From positions 1 to 60,218 of IMG/VR virus record IMGVR_UViG_3300036985_003389: a DNA stretch of 60,218 nt; one strand, given 5' to 3'. The translations under genes were made by a program, and so were the position numbers. The notes beneath the pieces were generated by a model that made no database searches, had not been told where the DNA came from, and saw only the letters and a program-made list of their open reading frames with translations. Numbering within the stretch: position 1 is the first letter of the stretch; every line of letters starts with the position of its first letter. Shown here piece by piece: positions 8,770 to 21,000 of the stretch. The DNA is from a virus (Duplodnaviria > Caudoviricetes).

Positions 8770-10116
8770 TCACCGCCACAAGTTCAGGCCGCGGCGGGCC
8801 GCATCCAACCGCGCCTTGATGATGCCGTAGCCCTTCGCCCACATCCAAATCCCCAGGCAGATCATCGCGACCCACCACCAGTGCTGGACCGACCACTGCA
8901 TGGCCTCGATGACCGGGACCATGATGGATTTGGCCTGAGGAACCCAGCCGACCGCGTCCTTTATGAGCGGTGTCGGATCAACGGCCTCAGCCATGCGCAC
9001 GGGCTGATCCACCGGCTGACTGGCCCCGCCGATCGCGCCGATGCCGAGCATGGCTGGTCCGAGGCGCTGGATGTTGAGGCCTGCCTGGGCCTCGGTGGAG
9101 CCACTCGCGACCAAGTCTTTGATGGTCATCTTCTCGCGCTCGGGCCGCCGGATGGGCTCAGCCGTCGCCAGGGCGGCGCGCGTGGCCGAACTGACCACCT
9201 CGGCCGGATCCAGCTGCTGGCCCGTAGCGGCGGCCCAATCGGCTTTGAATGCGGCAACAGCGCGCCGACACTCCGGGCCAAAGATGCCATCTGGCGTGCC
9301 ACAGGCATAGCCCAGCTCGCGTAGACGGGTCTGGACGGCCTGCACCTCCGATCCTTGCGCACCGATGCCGATCTCGAGCGGAGACGGCAGGACAGCACCC
9401 TGGCCGAACACGGCCCATGCCCGGTCGAACCAGCGCTGCCGGCTCGGCCATCCATTCGGGTCTTTGCCGGAGTAGGGATTGCCGCGGTTGATCTGGTTCT
9501 GGATGGCTCTGAGGCAGTTGCGGTCGGCCAGCTCGCCGAGTTTGTAGCGCTGCCAGTACCAGATGCAGACCCTGAGCGAGATGCGCGGGTCCTCGATCTG
9601 CTCCGGCCGCCCTTCGAGGTCCACGCCAATGGCCTGCCCCGTCTCGCGATACCAAGCCCGGCCGGTGCCCTGGAACGGGCCGCCGCCGCGGTAGGTCCAG
9701 CCATCGCCCGGCTCGGTATTGCCGAGGCGTTGGCCAAGATCGCTCCAGCCGCCATAGGCCAGCTCGGCTATCTTTTCCTCGTCCTTGCCGCAGGCCATGT
9801 AGCGGGCGCGCGCCGGCACGCTCGATGACTGAAAGCGCTGCGGCCACAGCTCGCACATGCGCTCATAGCGCCACGTGCATTCCTCGCGCTCGATCGTCAG
9901 GCCGCCCGTCTCATGGCCGACGATGGTCATGAAATGGGCGATGCGCAGCGGCGTGTCGATGCCCTCTCGCATCATGTAGTCCCAGCTCGCCAACAGCGTC
10001 TCGACATAGGCCGCATGGATTTCCGGCCCATCATCGGCAACGCCGTTCGCGTCCGGTTTCTTGCGTGCCGGTGGTGGAGCGAACCGGTGCAGATCCTCGC
10101 GTGTCCATGGTTGCAT
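8770..10116 (-). CDS. Endolysin: GH19-like catalytic domain, peptidoglycan-binding domain and C-terminal hydrophobic segments
   Basis: AHFMTIVGHETGG, LGNTEPGDGWTYRGGGPFQGTGR, INRG and VQAVQTRLRELGY..DGIFGP (PG_binding_1). Confidence 0.88.
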   Translation of the reverse strand: MQPWTREDLHRFAPPPARKKPDANGVADDGPEIHAAYVETLLASWDYMMREGIDTPLRIAHFMTIVGHETGGLTIEREECTWRYERMCELWPQRFQSSSVPARARYMACGKDEEKIAELAYGGWSDLGQRLGNTEPGDGWTYRGGGPFQGTGRAWYRETGQAIGVDLEGRPEQIEDPRISLRVCIWYWQRYKLGELADRNCLRAIQNQINRGNPYSGKDPNGWPSRQRWFDRAWAVFGQGAVLPSPLEIGIGAQGSEVQAVQTRLRELGYACGTPDGIFGPECRRAVAAFKADWAAATGQQLDPAEVVSSATRAALATAEPIRRPEREKMTIKDLVASGSTEAQAGLNIQRLGPAMLGIGAIGGASQPVDQPVRMAEAVDPTPLIKDAVGWVPQAKSIMVPVIEAMQWSVQHWWWVAMICLGIWMWAKGYGIIKARLDAARRGLNLWR

Positions 10117-10117
10117 G

Positions 10118-11011
10118 CTACTCGCCCCCTATTGCCTCGATTGCTGTGATTGCTCCGGCCACGATGTCGTCTACCGGCTCGCCCGCGACCAGTCGGACAT
10201 TGGCTTCGATCTCGATAGCGTAGGCCTCCGATGCGATATGCGCGGCCTTGTCGTGCCGGCGAATGATCGTCGTGGCTGCATCCTCCCAACCCACGCCCAT
10301 GGCCCGGCCAACACGCTCCATCAGAGCAAGCGGAAATTCTTGCTGGGAACGGGCGAGATGAGCCGCTTCGACCACCTGCAGGGGTGGGGCAACGCGGCAA
10401 ATGGCTTGTCGTGATGCAGCCTGAATACGTTCGATGGGCGTCAGCACATTCAGCTCGGCTGCTGGTGTTATCGTCGGCGCCGAGCGCTGTGCAACCAGGC
10501 GCCGTTCCAGCGCTGTCATCCGGTCCAGCACGGCATTCGCAGCCAGTTGCTGGACCGGGCTCGGCGGCTCCGGGGGGAGGGGCTTGGATAGCTCAGCCAG
10601 TCGCTGCTCGATAGCTGCCATGCGCTCGGCCGTGTCGCGCGCTGCGTGACTGTCACCGGCAGGACGCCGCTCGCCCGGCTGGCGCATGAACGCCGGCAAG
10701 TCGAGGTTCTCACCGTCATCGCCGTCGCGCATCGGCTCGGTCGCAATCTCGATAATGCCGCGCTCGAGCGCGGCGATGCGATCAGCAATGCCGTCATCAC
10801 GCACGACAGGCTCGGGTCGCGCGCGCTCCAGCGCATCGATCCTGGCGAACACATGCGAGAGATCGACTGGCGTGGATGGCTCCGGTGATTGCGCCAGGCC
10901 GCGGCTCATGATCGATCGGAGCGGTACCATTTCCTCGCTGCGCGAGCTCTCGCGCGTGATCGAGATCAGGTATCCGTCTGGATCGATGGCACCGTCCCGG
11001 ATTTTCATCAA
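10118..11011 (-). CDS. Hypothetical phage protein (repeated RIxALE coils; possible tail-fibre-associated)
   Basis: Abuts its neighbours in the late operon and has repeated coiled-coil motifs. Confidence 0.55.
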   Translation of the reverse strand: MMKIRDGAIDPDGYLISITRESSRSEEMVPLRSIMSRGLAQSPEPSTPVDLSHVFARIDALERARPEPVVRDDGIADRIAALERGIIEIATEPMRDGDDGENLDLPAFMRQPGERRPAGDSHAARDTAERMAAIEQRLAELSKPLPPEPPSPVQQLAANAVLDRMTALERRLVAQRSAPTITPAAELNVLTPIERIQAASRQAICRVAPPLQVVEAAHLARSQQEFPLALMERVGRAMGVGWEDAATTIIRRHDKAAHIASEAYAIEIEANVRLVAGEPVDDIVAGAITAIEAIGGE

Positions 11012-11235
11012 TGCACCCGTGGCTCATCCAGGCCGTTCCCAGCCTTTTCAGGCTCCGCAAACACTGGCGGTGGATTGCCGTTGAGTAATGGGATGGCCGC
11101 TCCAACGACTTTCACACCCCACGCCTTGCCGACCAGCTCCTGCATCAGCTGACCGTTGATAATGACGGGCTCGCCGTTCTGGCGCAGCTCAGTTCCGTCG
11201 AAGGATCGCAAAACAGTCGAGAAATCGATTTTCAT
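11008..11235 (-). CDS. Small hypothetical protein
   Basis: MKIDFSTVL.. start follows GGAG. ATGA overlap with the next gene. Confidence 0.5.
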   Translation of the reverse strand: MKIDFSTVLRSFDGTELRQNGEPVIINGQLMQELVGKAWGVKVVGAAIPLLNGNPPPVFAEPEKAGNGLDEPRVH

Positions 11236-11291
11236 GTGTCCGGCTCCGTTTGTTAAAGCTGTTTCGATCAATCTCAAAGAGCAGTCACACG

Positions 11292-12143
11292 TCACGACAC
11301 GGTAAAGGTTCCTGTCGCCGTAAAGGTGTGGATCGTGTAGCCGCCGCTGCTTGTGATCGTGCCGCCGGTCTGCTGCAAAAACGTGTCGAGATAGCGAATA
11401 ACCACAACACCTGAGCCGCCCGCCCCGCTCGTGGTTCGCGTGGTGTTGGAACCGCCGCCGCCGCCGCCCGTGTTCGCCGTTCCGCTCACCGCCGCGACGG
11501 AACCGGACGCTTGCGCGCCAGCGCCACCGCCACCGGAGCCACCTGCCCCCAGCGTGCCCGCCGCTTGCGCCGCGCCGCCACCGCCGCCAGCATAGGTCAC
11601 TGACGATCCGGATATCGAGGAGGCGGTGCCGGCGCCACCAGGGCCGGCAGCGCTCGCTCCGCCCGCAGTGCCGGCAGCCGTTGCGCCACCACCACCGCCG
11701 CCCGTGCCCTGGCTCAAACTACTACCAACCGCGCCGTTGTTGCCCTGCCCGGCTGTGCCCGTACCCGCCGTCGGCCCGCTGTAGCCGCAACCGCCACCCG
11801 AGCCGCCGTTGGCGCCGTTGCCAGACCCAGACGAGCCGCCACCACCGCCGCCCGTTGACGTGATCGTCGAAAACACCGAGTTGGCGCCACTACCTCCTAC
11901 ACCCGAGGTAACGGCCGTGCCGCCGGCGCCAACTGTGATCGAGTACGCCTGGGGTGTGACAGCGAACCCGGATGCTGTCCTGAAGCCGCCCGCGCCGCCG
12001 CCACCGCCTGGTGCGCCCGAGCCTGGCCCGCCGCCAGCGCCGCCGCCTGCGACGACGAGATATTCAACTGTCGTCGGCGCGCTGCCACCAGAGGCATGCG
12101 CTCCGAACCCGACAAGATGCGTCAAACTGAAACTCATGCCCAC
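11292..12143 (-). CDS. Glycine-rich domain protein (tail-fibre/virion accessory)
   Basis: VEYLVVAGGGAGG...GGGGAGG...GGSGVVVIRY...YTIHTFT is the typical phage Gly-rich domain. Confidence 0.8.
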   Translation of the reverse strand: MGMSFSLTHLVGFGAHASGGSAPTTVEYLVVAGGGAGGGPGSGAPGGGGGAGGFRTASGFAVTPQAYSITVGAGGTAVTSGVGGSGANSVFSTITSTGGGGGGSSGSGNGANGGSGGGCGYSGPTAGTGTAGQGNNGAVGSSLSQGTGGGGGGATAAGTAGGASAAGPGGAGTASSISGSSVTYAGGGGGAAQAAGTLGAGGSGGGGAGAQASGSVAAVSGTANTGGGGGGSNTTRTTSGAGGSGVVVIRYLDTFLQQTGGTITSSGGYTIHTFTATGTFTVS

Positions 12144-12649
12144 CTCGCATCGGCATTATAATCCAGCGGGATTTCACCGAGCGCCTCGATGCCGTTGGAC
12201 CGAGCCCGCAGCGCTTTGATTCCCACCGCCAGATTGCGCAGCGCCACGGCTTCCTCGGCTTCGGCCTCGGTCAGCGTGCCTCCGTTAATGCGTTTGTCAT
12301 TCAGCTCGTTCGCCCTCATGTTAGCGTTGCTTTGCTTGATTATGCATTCGATGATGTCAACGGCGCCAGTCAACGCAACAATGCGGCGCTGACATTCAGC
12401 CTTGATCGCGGCAACCTGCTCATGGATCGGACGGCGCGTCACCGTCCAGCGCCGCACTACGTCGGCGCCATCGACGACGTAGGTAAATGCCACTGTCTCT
12501 AAGTCGCGCACATGCTGCGGAGGCTCGGTCTCGACATAGGGCAGCCAGCGATAGCTGGGCTTGGTTTGAGCCAAACTCAGGTCGAATTTGTGATATTCAT
12601 CGCTCGATTTGATAATGACGCCCTGAGCGTCAACAAGTGCGTAGCGCAT
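12134..12649 (-). CDS. Tail-fibre assembly/chaperone-like protein
   Basis: Directly after the fibre gene. IKAECQRRI...DYNADARW pattern; GGAGG RBS before ATG 12649. Confidence 0.6.
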   Translation of the reverse strand: MRYALVDAQGVIIKSSDEYHKFDLSLAQTKPSYRWLPYVETEPPQHVRDLETVAFTYVVDGADVVRRWTVTRRPIHEQVAAIKAECQRRIVALTGAVDIIECIIKQSNANMRANELNDKRINGGTLTEAEAEEAVALRNLAVGIKALRARSNGIEALGEIPLDYNADARWA

Positions 12650-12659
12650 TATGCCTCCG

Positions 12660-15600
12660 TTACGCGTCATTTGTGGCGTTGCTTGTAATCAGTATTTTGA
12701 TGCCGATTAGGCGCGCGTCTCCGGTCAGATTGTCAGACGCCACTACGCGCGTGATCTCAAAGATCACGCCGTCATTCTCGGCGGGTGTGCCGCCGATCGT
12801 GATGGCGGCCGTTGCGTCAGCGATATGCAAATCGTTTTGCGCCAGCCATGTGTCGTCCACCACGACCGCCGTGCCAAATGTCGTATTCAAGCTGTCGTCG
12901 TTGCTGACAGCAGCCCCCGCCACGGACCAGCGCACGGTTTCAGTCGTAAGTCCTGCCGTATTGGTCCAGTAGGCGACCGCCGTAACGGTCGATTCATTCC
13001 ACGACTTCGGCATGCCGATCATCGGCGTATGCGCATATTCCTGCGTCGTTGTGTCGAAATCGAATGTTTTGATGCTGACATCGTTCGATCCAGAATCGTA
13101 GGTGCTGGAGCCCGCGCCGTTCGTCGCCTTTGCCGTCATAGCCGCAGCAGGTATCCAGATCGTCTCAATGCCAGCGGTTTTGAGCACCGAGCCGGTGACA
13201 GCCGACGCGAGGTTGGTGTAGCTCGGCGTCGCCAAGAACGTCGCAACGCCGGTGCCGAGGCCGGAGACGCCGGTCGAGATGGGAAGACCGGTCAAGTTGG
13301 TGGCAACGCCCGACGCAGGCGTCCCGAGTGCGGGAGTGACTAGGGTCGGCGACGTTGCAAACACGAGCGCCCCGGTGCCCGTCTCATCCGTGACAGCCGT
13401 AATCAGATTGGCGCTCGACGGCGTCGCAAGGAATGTCGCCACACCAGTGCCTAGCCCAGACACGCCGGTGCTGATCGGCAATCCGGTCGCATTCGTGAGC
13501 GTGCCCGAGGTCGGCGTGCCCAGGATCGGCGTTACTAGCGTGGGTGACGTGGCGAATACGCTGGCGCCCGTGCCGGTTTCATCCGTCAGCAACGCTGCTA
13601 AGCTGGCGCTGGATGGCGTGCCAAGAAATGTCAGAGCGCCCGCCGCCGTGGTCGTCGTCGATGGCACGACACCGGCACCGCCGCCAATCACGATGGCATT
13701 CGCTGCCAGCGCGCCCGAGGAAGCCAGCACGCCCGCTGCCGTATAGGCGAGAACGCCGCCGCTGGTGCCTGCCGTGAGCGCCGTGCCGCCGTTGGCAACT
13801 GGCAACGCCCCCGTCACTTTCGTGGTGAGATCGATAGAGCCCGCCAGCATGGCGTTGGTGACCTTGGTGGCCCCGATAGCGACGACGCCCGCGTTGGTCA
13901 TCGTGATATCGCCAGACAGCGCCGCTACGGCTGGCGTCAGCCCCGTGCGTCCGATCAACAGTTGCCCGTCGGTAGCAGCCAGCGTCGAAGTGCCAGCCGT
14001 CGCGCCCGTCGCATACATGACGCCGTTGGCAGTCATGCCAGACAGCGAGCCAGAGCCCGCATCGCCCGTGCGCGTGAACAGCACCGAAATCGGGTCTGCC
14101 GCCGTGAACGAGCCCGACGACTGCACATGCGTGACGGCAAGCTCGGTCCAGCCGACGTTGTCGGTGCTCGCGCCCGTGATGTTAAAAATGGCGTAATTCT
14201 GCGGCGCTGAGCTTTTCTTGATGAGCAACGTGCCGCGCATCGTGGTTGTCGAGCTGTCGTCCCAGGCCAGCACGAACGTGGACACATCCGGGTTTCCGGT
14301 ATCGGCGGAGAGGTCCGACACGGCGACCGCCGTCACACTCGCCAGCGTGGCGTTGTTCAGGCGCAGATCACCCGTGCCGGGATCGGTCATGGACGTCGTC
14401 GAGTCGAACAACCAGCGAATCCCGGGGTCAGTGCCGTTCGTGCCGTTGGTGCCAGCCGCGCCAACATCACCGACACGCTCAAACAGCAGCGCCACGTTGA
14501 CTGCGGTCAAGGTCGAGACACCCGAGACATAGGAGACGTTGACCGTGTCATAGCTGCCGTTATCGGTGTTGCTGCCCGAAACCGAAAACCGTGTGCGGTT
14601 CGCCGGAGTCGCCACGTCAATCAGCGTGAGATAGCCGCGCACCGTCGTCGTGCTGTCGTCCCATTGCGCGATAGCCGTCGCCTGAGAAACACCCAGGCGG
14701 TCGGTTTCGTTGATATAGAGCGCGGTCGCGCTACTCAGCGTGGCGTTGTTGGCGCGCAGCTTGCCCGTGCCCGGATCGGCCGCCGTCGTGCCCGTGTCAA
14801 ATGTCCAGTCGAACGAATAGACACCAGCAGCACCCGTGGCACCAGCAGCGCCCGTTGCGCCGGTCGATCCCGCCGGACCTGTCGGCCCCGTTGCTCCCGT
14901 CGCGCCAGTTGCTCCCGTCGCGCCCGTTGCACCTGTCGCGCCCGCGTCGCCTCGTTCAATGACGAGCACCGCGCAGGCGTCGGCGTTGGCTATCGTGCCC
15001 GACGTGCTGACGTACGTAACCGGAATCGTCCAATAGGCGCCGGCGTCGGTGGCCGCCCCGGATATCGTAAAGGCGTGAAAATTTTGCGGCGCACTTTCCT
15101 TGGAGATTTTCACCCGCGCCCGCGCCGATGACGTGCTGTCATCCCACAGCGCGATGACGGCGGCCATGCCGCCGCCCGCGCTATCGGTCTCGCTAATGCT
15201 GAGCTGGGTAATAGATGCGATTGTCGCATTGTTGCCGAGCACTTTGCCCGAGCCAGGATCGCCGCTCGTCGATGTTGACCACCTATAGGGATAGGCAGCG
15301 TCTAAGCCGTCGGCACCCTGTGCGCCAACCGGGCCTTGCTCACTCTTCTGTGCCGCCAATTCCCAATAGCTATTGCTGGTCGTCGGGATTGTTGGCGGTG
15401 CATTGCCAGCGGCAGACGTGGCATTGACGTAAACCCACATACTGCCGTCGTCTTCGACCACATCGTTTTTCGCGTAGGTGGTCCCGACACCGTAAGCGCC
15501 ACGCCATGTCAGCGTAGACGGCGAGCGAATGCCGGTTGATCGCGTCGGTTGCAGGGTTGTGACGGAATGCAAATTGCCCGGCTGAACGCCGCCTTGGCCC

Positions 15601-17948
15601 TGATCGTTGCCGCCGACGTAGCGCAGCTCATTCTCTGTCGTCAGTATCTCGAGGCCCCACACCTGCCAGTCGCCGACAGTTTGCCAAAGAGAGATGTTGT
15701 CTCGCACGCCCTGCACGATACCGAAGGCCTCGCCGGCCGGCGTCACGTTGGCGCTGTTCTTGCCGCCCTGATACACGTTATTGTAGCCGGCCGAGGCTAG
15801 GTAATGCCGACCACCGTTCAACGCTTGAACATAAACGACGCAGTACGTGTTGCCGCCACCGATCCGGCCATCGATCGAAAATCCGGTCGCCGACCCATTC
15901 GCAAACTGACCAGGCAAGTTCGGCTTAAACATCGTCTCGCGGTTGACTGCCGTTCCGTCGCCGTGCTGGCCATAGGCGTTATACCCGCACTGCCACCAGT
16001 GGCCGGTACTATCTACCGCACCGAGCATTGGGTAATCACCACCGCCAGCATGGATGGACAGCAATGTTTCTGCAGCGATCGATCCGGCCCATGCTTGAAA
16101 CGTGGTCGTAGCAGCGCCCAAAAGAGCCGTGCCGTCACCGTTGCCGTAGTAACGACTGCCGGCCACTTTAGCCAAGCCATCAATCAACAACGCCGAGATC
16201 GCGCGGGAGCTATAGCCCGTAACCTCGATCTGATCGACCCCAGTCTGATTGACGCCAGATCCAACGCTGGTTTCCAGCATTGTCGGCCACGCGAGCGCGG
16301 CTGTGCTGCTGTTGCCGTGCGCGCCCTCAGTGCCCGCGCCCCACCGACACGCGGTGCCGTTCGTGAACAGCACCCAGACCGGCGTGTAGATGTTGCAGCA
16401 GGATACCTCGGCAACACCGGCAAGCGACACCAGCGTCGAAAATTTGACGGTCGTCGGGGTCGTTACGTTTGAAGTGCTGTTGTTTCCCTGGGTGTATGTG
16501 GCACCTGAGTATCCGCAGCCATAAAGCGTGCCGGTAGATGACCGCGCGAACCAGAACCCAGGCGATGCAGCCGAGCCGACGTTGGCCTCGGTCCACACCT
16601 TGTCGATCTTGATGCCGGCCAGCCCCGCGCAGCGCACGAAGTCTGTTCTGTCGGTCGTGCTCGCGTCGCCGATCTGGCCGTAGGTGCTTTTGCCAATGGC
16701 CCAGAGGTTGTTCGTTGCCGCATCAGTCTGCAACAGCAGGTAGTCGGTGCCCGCATAGAGCGCTTCGATCTCACCATTCGTCACGGCATCCCAGGGGATC
16801 TCGTAGGGCCCCCAGGAATCGCCAGCCCGGTCAAAGGTGAAAGTGGTGGCGTCACCCATAACGACAACGCGGTTGTCGGCCGTCCAGTGCGCGCGCCAGC
16901 GTGCGCCGCCGTGTCCATTGGTGATGGCCATGCCAACGATGCGACCATCGTCCGTGGAAGACCCGTCGCCCGATGAGGCGCCGTCCTCTACAGTCCAGAC
17001 CGTCCCGTCATAGTGCCACTCTGCGTCCGTATCGCGCGCGAATGCTCGCCACCCCCTGGCTGGAGTCTTGTATGTCCAGGCACCGGCAACGGCATACGCG
17101 ATCTTGCCAATCTGGGCAGACCATGCCCCCGATGCCCCATACGGGACCAGGTAGGCCTCACCATTGACGATCGTGGGCGGAGTCGTGGCAGTCGCACTCT
17201 CGACCACCCACTGGCCAATATCGCGCAACACCGCGGCGCCGTTGGCCTGGTTGTAGGCGGCAATGATCGTGTTGTGACTGAGTCCACCATGACCAGCCGT
17301 CATCTGTGAGCCGGTAACAGTGTCCTGCGTGGCGAGGTCGCCCAGCTCCAGCGCGGCGCGTGCCTCGCCGGCATCGTCAACCTGTACCAAGGCTGCGCCG
17401 AACGCTGACGTGGGAAGCGGTGTCCCACCCGGACCGCCCAAGCTTCCTGTCGTCGTCGAGCCTATCGAGACTTCACCGCTCGATACCTGCAGGACGGGCA
17501 CGGAATCGTCAGTCGCTGGTAACTCCAGGTCGCCATCAATCTCGAGATGGCGTGGAACCTTGATTGATCGGCGCACATCATCCCGGATTTCCTGCAAAAT
17601 CTCGGTGATGCGATCGAACGTACTCTCGTGATCGGCAGCCGCGAAGTCGCCGCCCGTGGCGAAATCGGTCTCTTGTGCAATGGGTTGCTCGCGCCAGATG
17701 GCGAGTGAGTAGCCGGACGGAAGCGCCCCGTCGATGCGGGTCAGTGTCCCCGACGATGGGCCACCGGCAATATTGTAGTTGGAGCCGAAAACAACAACAG
17801 TTTCAACGCCATCGTCATCGACCTCGATGGCGTGGATGTGGCTGGTGGAGCGATAGTAGATCGCATCGTCGCCGTTCGCGATCGGGAATACGGAAGTGGA
17901 GCCGTCTCCGGAGTAGATCACGCTCGGAGTCTGGGCGGCGATCGTCAT
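12660..17948 (-). CDS. Long mosaic tail fibre (~1,760 aa)
   Basis: T7 gp17-like N-terminus ([10 protein letters not shown]), DUF2793-like block ([19 protein letters not shown]), RCC1-like repeats (GxxxYGQxGD), GAT collagen repeats, three DPGxG..NNAT..WDDS repeats and ATSPTLVTP repeats. Confidence 0.85.
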   Translation of the reverse strand: MTIAAQTPSVIYSGDGSTSVFPIANGDDAIYYRSTSHIHAIEVDDDGVETVVVFGSNYNIAGGPSSGTLTRIDGALPSGYSLAIWREQPIAQETDFATGGDFAAADHESTFDRITEILQEIRDDVRRSIKVPRHLEIDGDLELPATDDSVPVLQVSSGEVSIGSTTTGSLGGPGGTPLPTSAFGAALVQVDDAGEARAALELGDLATQDTVTGSQMTAGHGGLSHNTIIAAYNQANGAAVLRDIGQWVVESATATTPPTIVNGEAYLVPYGASGAWSAQIGKIAYAVAGAWTYKTPARGWRAFARDTDAEWHYDGTVWTVEDGASSGDGSSTDDGRIVGMAITNGHGGARWRAHWTADNRVVVMGDATTFTFDRAGDSWGPYEIPWDAVTNGEIEALYAGTDYLLLQTDAATNNLWAIGKSTYGQIGDASTTDRTDFVRCAGLAGIKIDKVWTEANVGSAASPGFWFARSSTGTLYGCGYSGATYTQGNNSTSNVTTPTTVKFSTLVSLAGVAEVSCCNIYTPVWVLFTNGTACRWGAGTEGAHGNSSTAALAWPTMLETSVGSGVNQTGVDQIEVTGYSSRAISALLIDGLAKVAGSRYYGNGDGTALLGAATTTFQAWAGSIAAETLLSIHAGGGDYPMLGAVDSTGHWWQCGYNAYGQHGDGTAVNRETMFKPNLPGQFANGSATGFSIDGRIGGGNTYCVVYVQALNGGRHYLASAGYNNVYQGGKNSANVTPAGEAFGIVQGVRDNISLWQTVGDWQVWGLEILTTENELRYVGGNDQGQGGVQPGNLHSVTTLQPTRSTGIRSPSTLTWRGAYGVGTTYAKNDVVEDDGSMWVYVNATSAAGNAPPTIPTTSNSYWELAAQKSEQGPVGAQGADGLDAAYPYRWSTSTSGDPGSGKVLGNNATIASITQLSISETDSAGGGMAAVIALWDDSTSSARARVKISKESAPQNFHAFTISGAATDAGAYWTIPVTYVSTSGTIANADACAVLVIERGDAGATGATGATGATGATGATGPTGPAGSTGATGAAGATGAAGVYSFDWTFDTGTTAADPGTGKLRANNATLSSATALYINETDRLGVSQATAIAQWDDSTTTVRGYLTLIDVATPANRTRFSVSGSNTDNGSYDTVNVSYVSGVSTLTAVNVALLFERVGDVGAAGTNGTNGTDPGIRWLFDSTTSMTDPGTGDLRLNNATLASVTAVAVSDLSADTGNPDVSTFVLAWDDSSTTTMRGTLLIKKSSAPQNYAIFNITGASTDNVGWTELAVTHVQSSGSFTAADPISVLFTRTGDAGSGSLSGMTANGVMYATGATAGTSTLAATDGQLLIGRTGLTPAVAALSGDITMTNAGVVAIGATKVTNAMLAGSIDLTTKVTGALPVANGGTALTAGTSGGVLAYTAAGVLASSGALAANAIVIGGGAGVVPSTTTTAAGALTFLGTPSSASLAALLTDETGTGASVFATSPTLVTPILGTPTSGTLTNATGLPISTGVSGLGTGVATFLATPSSANLITAVTDETGTGALVFATSPTLVTPALGTPASGVATNLTGLPISTGVSGLGTGVATFLATPSYTNLASAVTGSVLKTAGIETIWIPAAAMTAKATNGAGSSTYDSGSNDVSIKTFDFDTTTQEYAHTPMIGMPKSWNESTVTAVAYWTNTAGLTTETVRWSVAGAAVSNDDSLNTTFGTAVVVDDTWLAQNDLHIADATAAITIGGTPAENDGVIFEITRVVASDNLTGDARLIGIKILITSNATNDA

Positions 17949-18041
17949 GCTGATTCCCCAACGCAAAACACGTAGCCGCGCCGGGGGTCGCAGCCCCAGA
18001 CGACTAGCACGTGCCGATGATGATTTGAAGTGTCGTCTGAA

Positions 18042-21000
18042 CTACTTCACGCGGATGCGGCGGCTTCCCGAGACGCGCTCAGAGCCAGCGTCGCGCCAGC
18101 CCTCAAGCATCTCGTCGCGCAGCACCGGCCAGCCCTCGACCGTCTCTTTCCAGTCTGGGATGCGCACCTTCTGGAAGATTGTCGTACCGGAGGAGCCGCG
18201 GCTGACGCGCAGATCGAACTGGTTGGCCAGTTCCATCGATATGCTGGCCAGCAAGTCGATGGCCGGCTGAGGATCACGCAGCTTGCGAGTCGCGAACTGC
18301 TTATGCCTCAGCGCGATCAAGGCGTTTTCTGTTTCGATCGCGGCAAGCGTGTTCAGCACGTCGCGCGCCGAGTCGGCCTGCTTGGGCGTGAGCTTGATCG
18401 GCACCGGTTCCGTCCGGCTGCTGCTGTCGACCAGTCGCTCGGTCAGGATGTCGCCTTGCAGGCCCTTGACCACGCGCAGCATGTCACGGGCCCGGTTCAG
18501 CGGGTGCGCGTTCTTCTTTCGGTTGCTGGTTTGCTGCTCGATGACCGCATAGGCGCGAGCCTCGTCGCTCTCCAGCGTGGCCAGATAGGCGTTGGCCTGT
18601 GCCCGCCCGTTCTGATCGACGAGGCCGAGCTTCAGGTAGTGCTCGTAACCCTTGGCGGCTCGGATATAACCGTCGCCCTGCTTTCCCATCACCTCATAGT
18701 AGGCGCCGTGCGCGTCAGAGGCCCGGTCAGGATCGATCTGGAAGCGCTGCACCATCGTGCCGATCAGCGGGTACTCGATGATATTGCCGGTGCGCGGACC
18801 GTTCGGGCGCGAAACATTCGATGTCTTTTGGATGTCCTTGCCCCAATAGCCGAGCCCAGATTGCAAGGCGTAGTCGATAATAGCCGGCGTCAACTCGAAC
18901 TTGTTCTGGAAGATAGCCGATCCGACCTTTTCGACAGGCTTCTTGGCCGTGCTTTCGTTGACCATGCGCGACAATGATATCGCGAAATGCGATGCATAGG
19001 CACCGAACTGTTCCTGCGGCGGCAATGCCTGCATGTGCTCCGAGATGATCGACCGCTTGGACAGGCTGTTGTAGTTGGCACCGATGTCGCGCCACATGCG
19101 CACGGCTTGGGGAACGAGTGGCGGAGACAGCGAATCCCACAGCCCTTCGTTCACCCGCTCCCAGAAATTCGGATCGCCCTTCGTTTGCGCATCGATGGCG
19201 GCCTCGATGAAGATCGACGGGATGGCCAGCTCGAACGCCTTGGGGATCTGATACCACTCGCCGTTGATCTTGACCGGCTGGGCCTTGTTCTTGATGCGGG
19301 CGTTGATGCGCCGGTACTCGTCGTCATCGCGATAGAGCGCCATGAAGCTCAGCAGCACGCCCGTATAGAGCACGAGATTGGTCCAGGCCATGGCCGACGT
19401 GGCCAGCGCTTTCTCGGAATCGGCCGACAGAGGTAGGCCGTTCTGCTGCTTGTAGAACGGGGCCAACAGTTCGCGAACCGAATCGACCCGAGCAGCGGCG
19501 TGCGCCAGAATTGCCGCCGTGACCGTGCCAGCGATGGATCCGGCGATGGGCCCGCCGACGAGCGTACCGAGCGCACCGGCCACAACGATGGCGCCACCCA
19601 TCTTCGCGCTCGACAGTTCCTTGCCGCGATCGGACAAGGCGAGGAACGTCCGTTGGGCCTTGTCGAGGCCCTGGATCTGAGCATTGAGAAACGGCACCAG
19701 CTTAGCTGCAACCAGCATGCGTGATCCGTGTCGGCCGAAGTCGATCAAGTCGCGGGCAACGAATGCTGCCTCTTGTGCGGCTTGGTAGGGCGTGAGCGAG
19801 GGATTGTAGGCAAGCGCCGCCTTGTATGCCTGAGTGAACACACCAAGGCGCGTGGCCGTTTCCGACATATCCGAGAGGTAAGCCAGATTCGCGAACCACT
19901 TTGATGGACTGCCGCTCTGATGCGTGGCCGCGCCGACCATCGCGCCAGACATGGCACCAGCCGGGCCCATCATCATGCCGCCGGCAATGCCACCAGCCGC
20001 CATACTCAGCCCCATGCTCAGCGGCTTGATTTGAAGCCCCTTGGCCTTCAGTGCCATCACGTCGACCTTGTCGCGCGCAGCGGACAGCGCAGCCACGTTC
20101 TGGCCACCCATCAGGCCGGCTACCTCCTGGTAGAGGCGTGCCATGTCGGTCTGGGCCACCTCGTGGTAGAGGCCGCGAGCCTGCGTGATGATCGGCCACG
20201 TGCTCGGGTGCATGATGCTGCCCGTCAAGGTCCAGGCAGACACCATATCGCGAAGAATGTTGGTCGCGATGAATGCCGGATGGGTCGTGACGCCCATGCG
20301 CAGTAGTGTCGCTGGCTTCGCAATCATGTCGATCATCAGCGACGACATTTCACGGCCAATGCCGTTCAACGTCTCGACCACGCCGGCTGCAAATTCCGGA
20401 TCGTTGATCCGGATCATCTTGCGATCGCCATTCTCCCAGTACGGGATCAGCAATGGACGTTTGGCGCCAAAGCTGCCGGGTGCCCACTTGAGCAGTAGCT
20501 GCGTATCGGTAAAGTCGTGTTCGATGCGCTTGATCATCTCATCGGCATCGTGCGCGTCATAGCCGAGCGACACGAGATGCTCGCGAAGCCTATCGAACTC
20601 GGCCGCCGACGCCTCGACGATCTCGGACTGATCGACCACCTCGGCAATGGCCGATCCGCCAGGCCCGACACGCTCGGCCAGGGCCTTGAGTGACAGGATC
20701 ACCTCGTTGTAGTGCGTCGCCGCGGCACGGTGGAACGTCTGGTCCATGATCGTCTCGATCGGATGGATGACGTTGCGATCCGAGCCGAGGAACCGCTTGT
20801 CCTTCGAGAAGCGCTTGATGCCAGCCCCGCCCGGCCCGGCCGCGTCAGCATCCACGTCGGAAATGTCGCGGGCGAATGGCACATACCAATCCTTGCGCGT
20901 GCGGCGGTAGTCGACCTCCGCTTGCGTCAGGCGGCCGGCCTGCTGGTCGTGGAGCACCTGCTGCCACTGGAAGTCATAGACCATCTGAGCCGCGTCTTTG

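Noticed and set aside
8215-9324. 369-aa + strand ORF over the lysis genes
   Set aside because: Low-complexity shadow of well-supported - strand genes.
13220-15290. Diversity-generating retroelement or invertible shufflon in the tail fibre
   Set aside because: No reverse transcriptase or invertase in the window. The repeats are in-frame protein repeats without adenine-specific variation.
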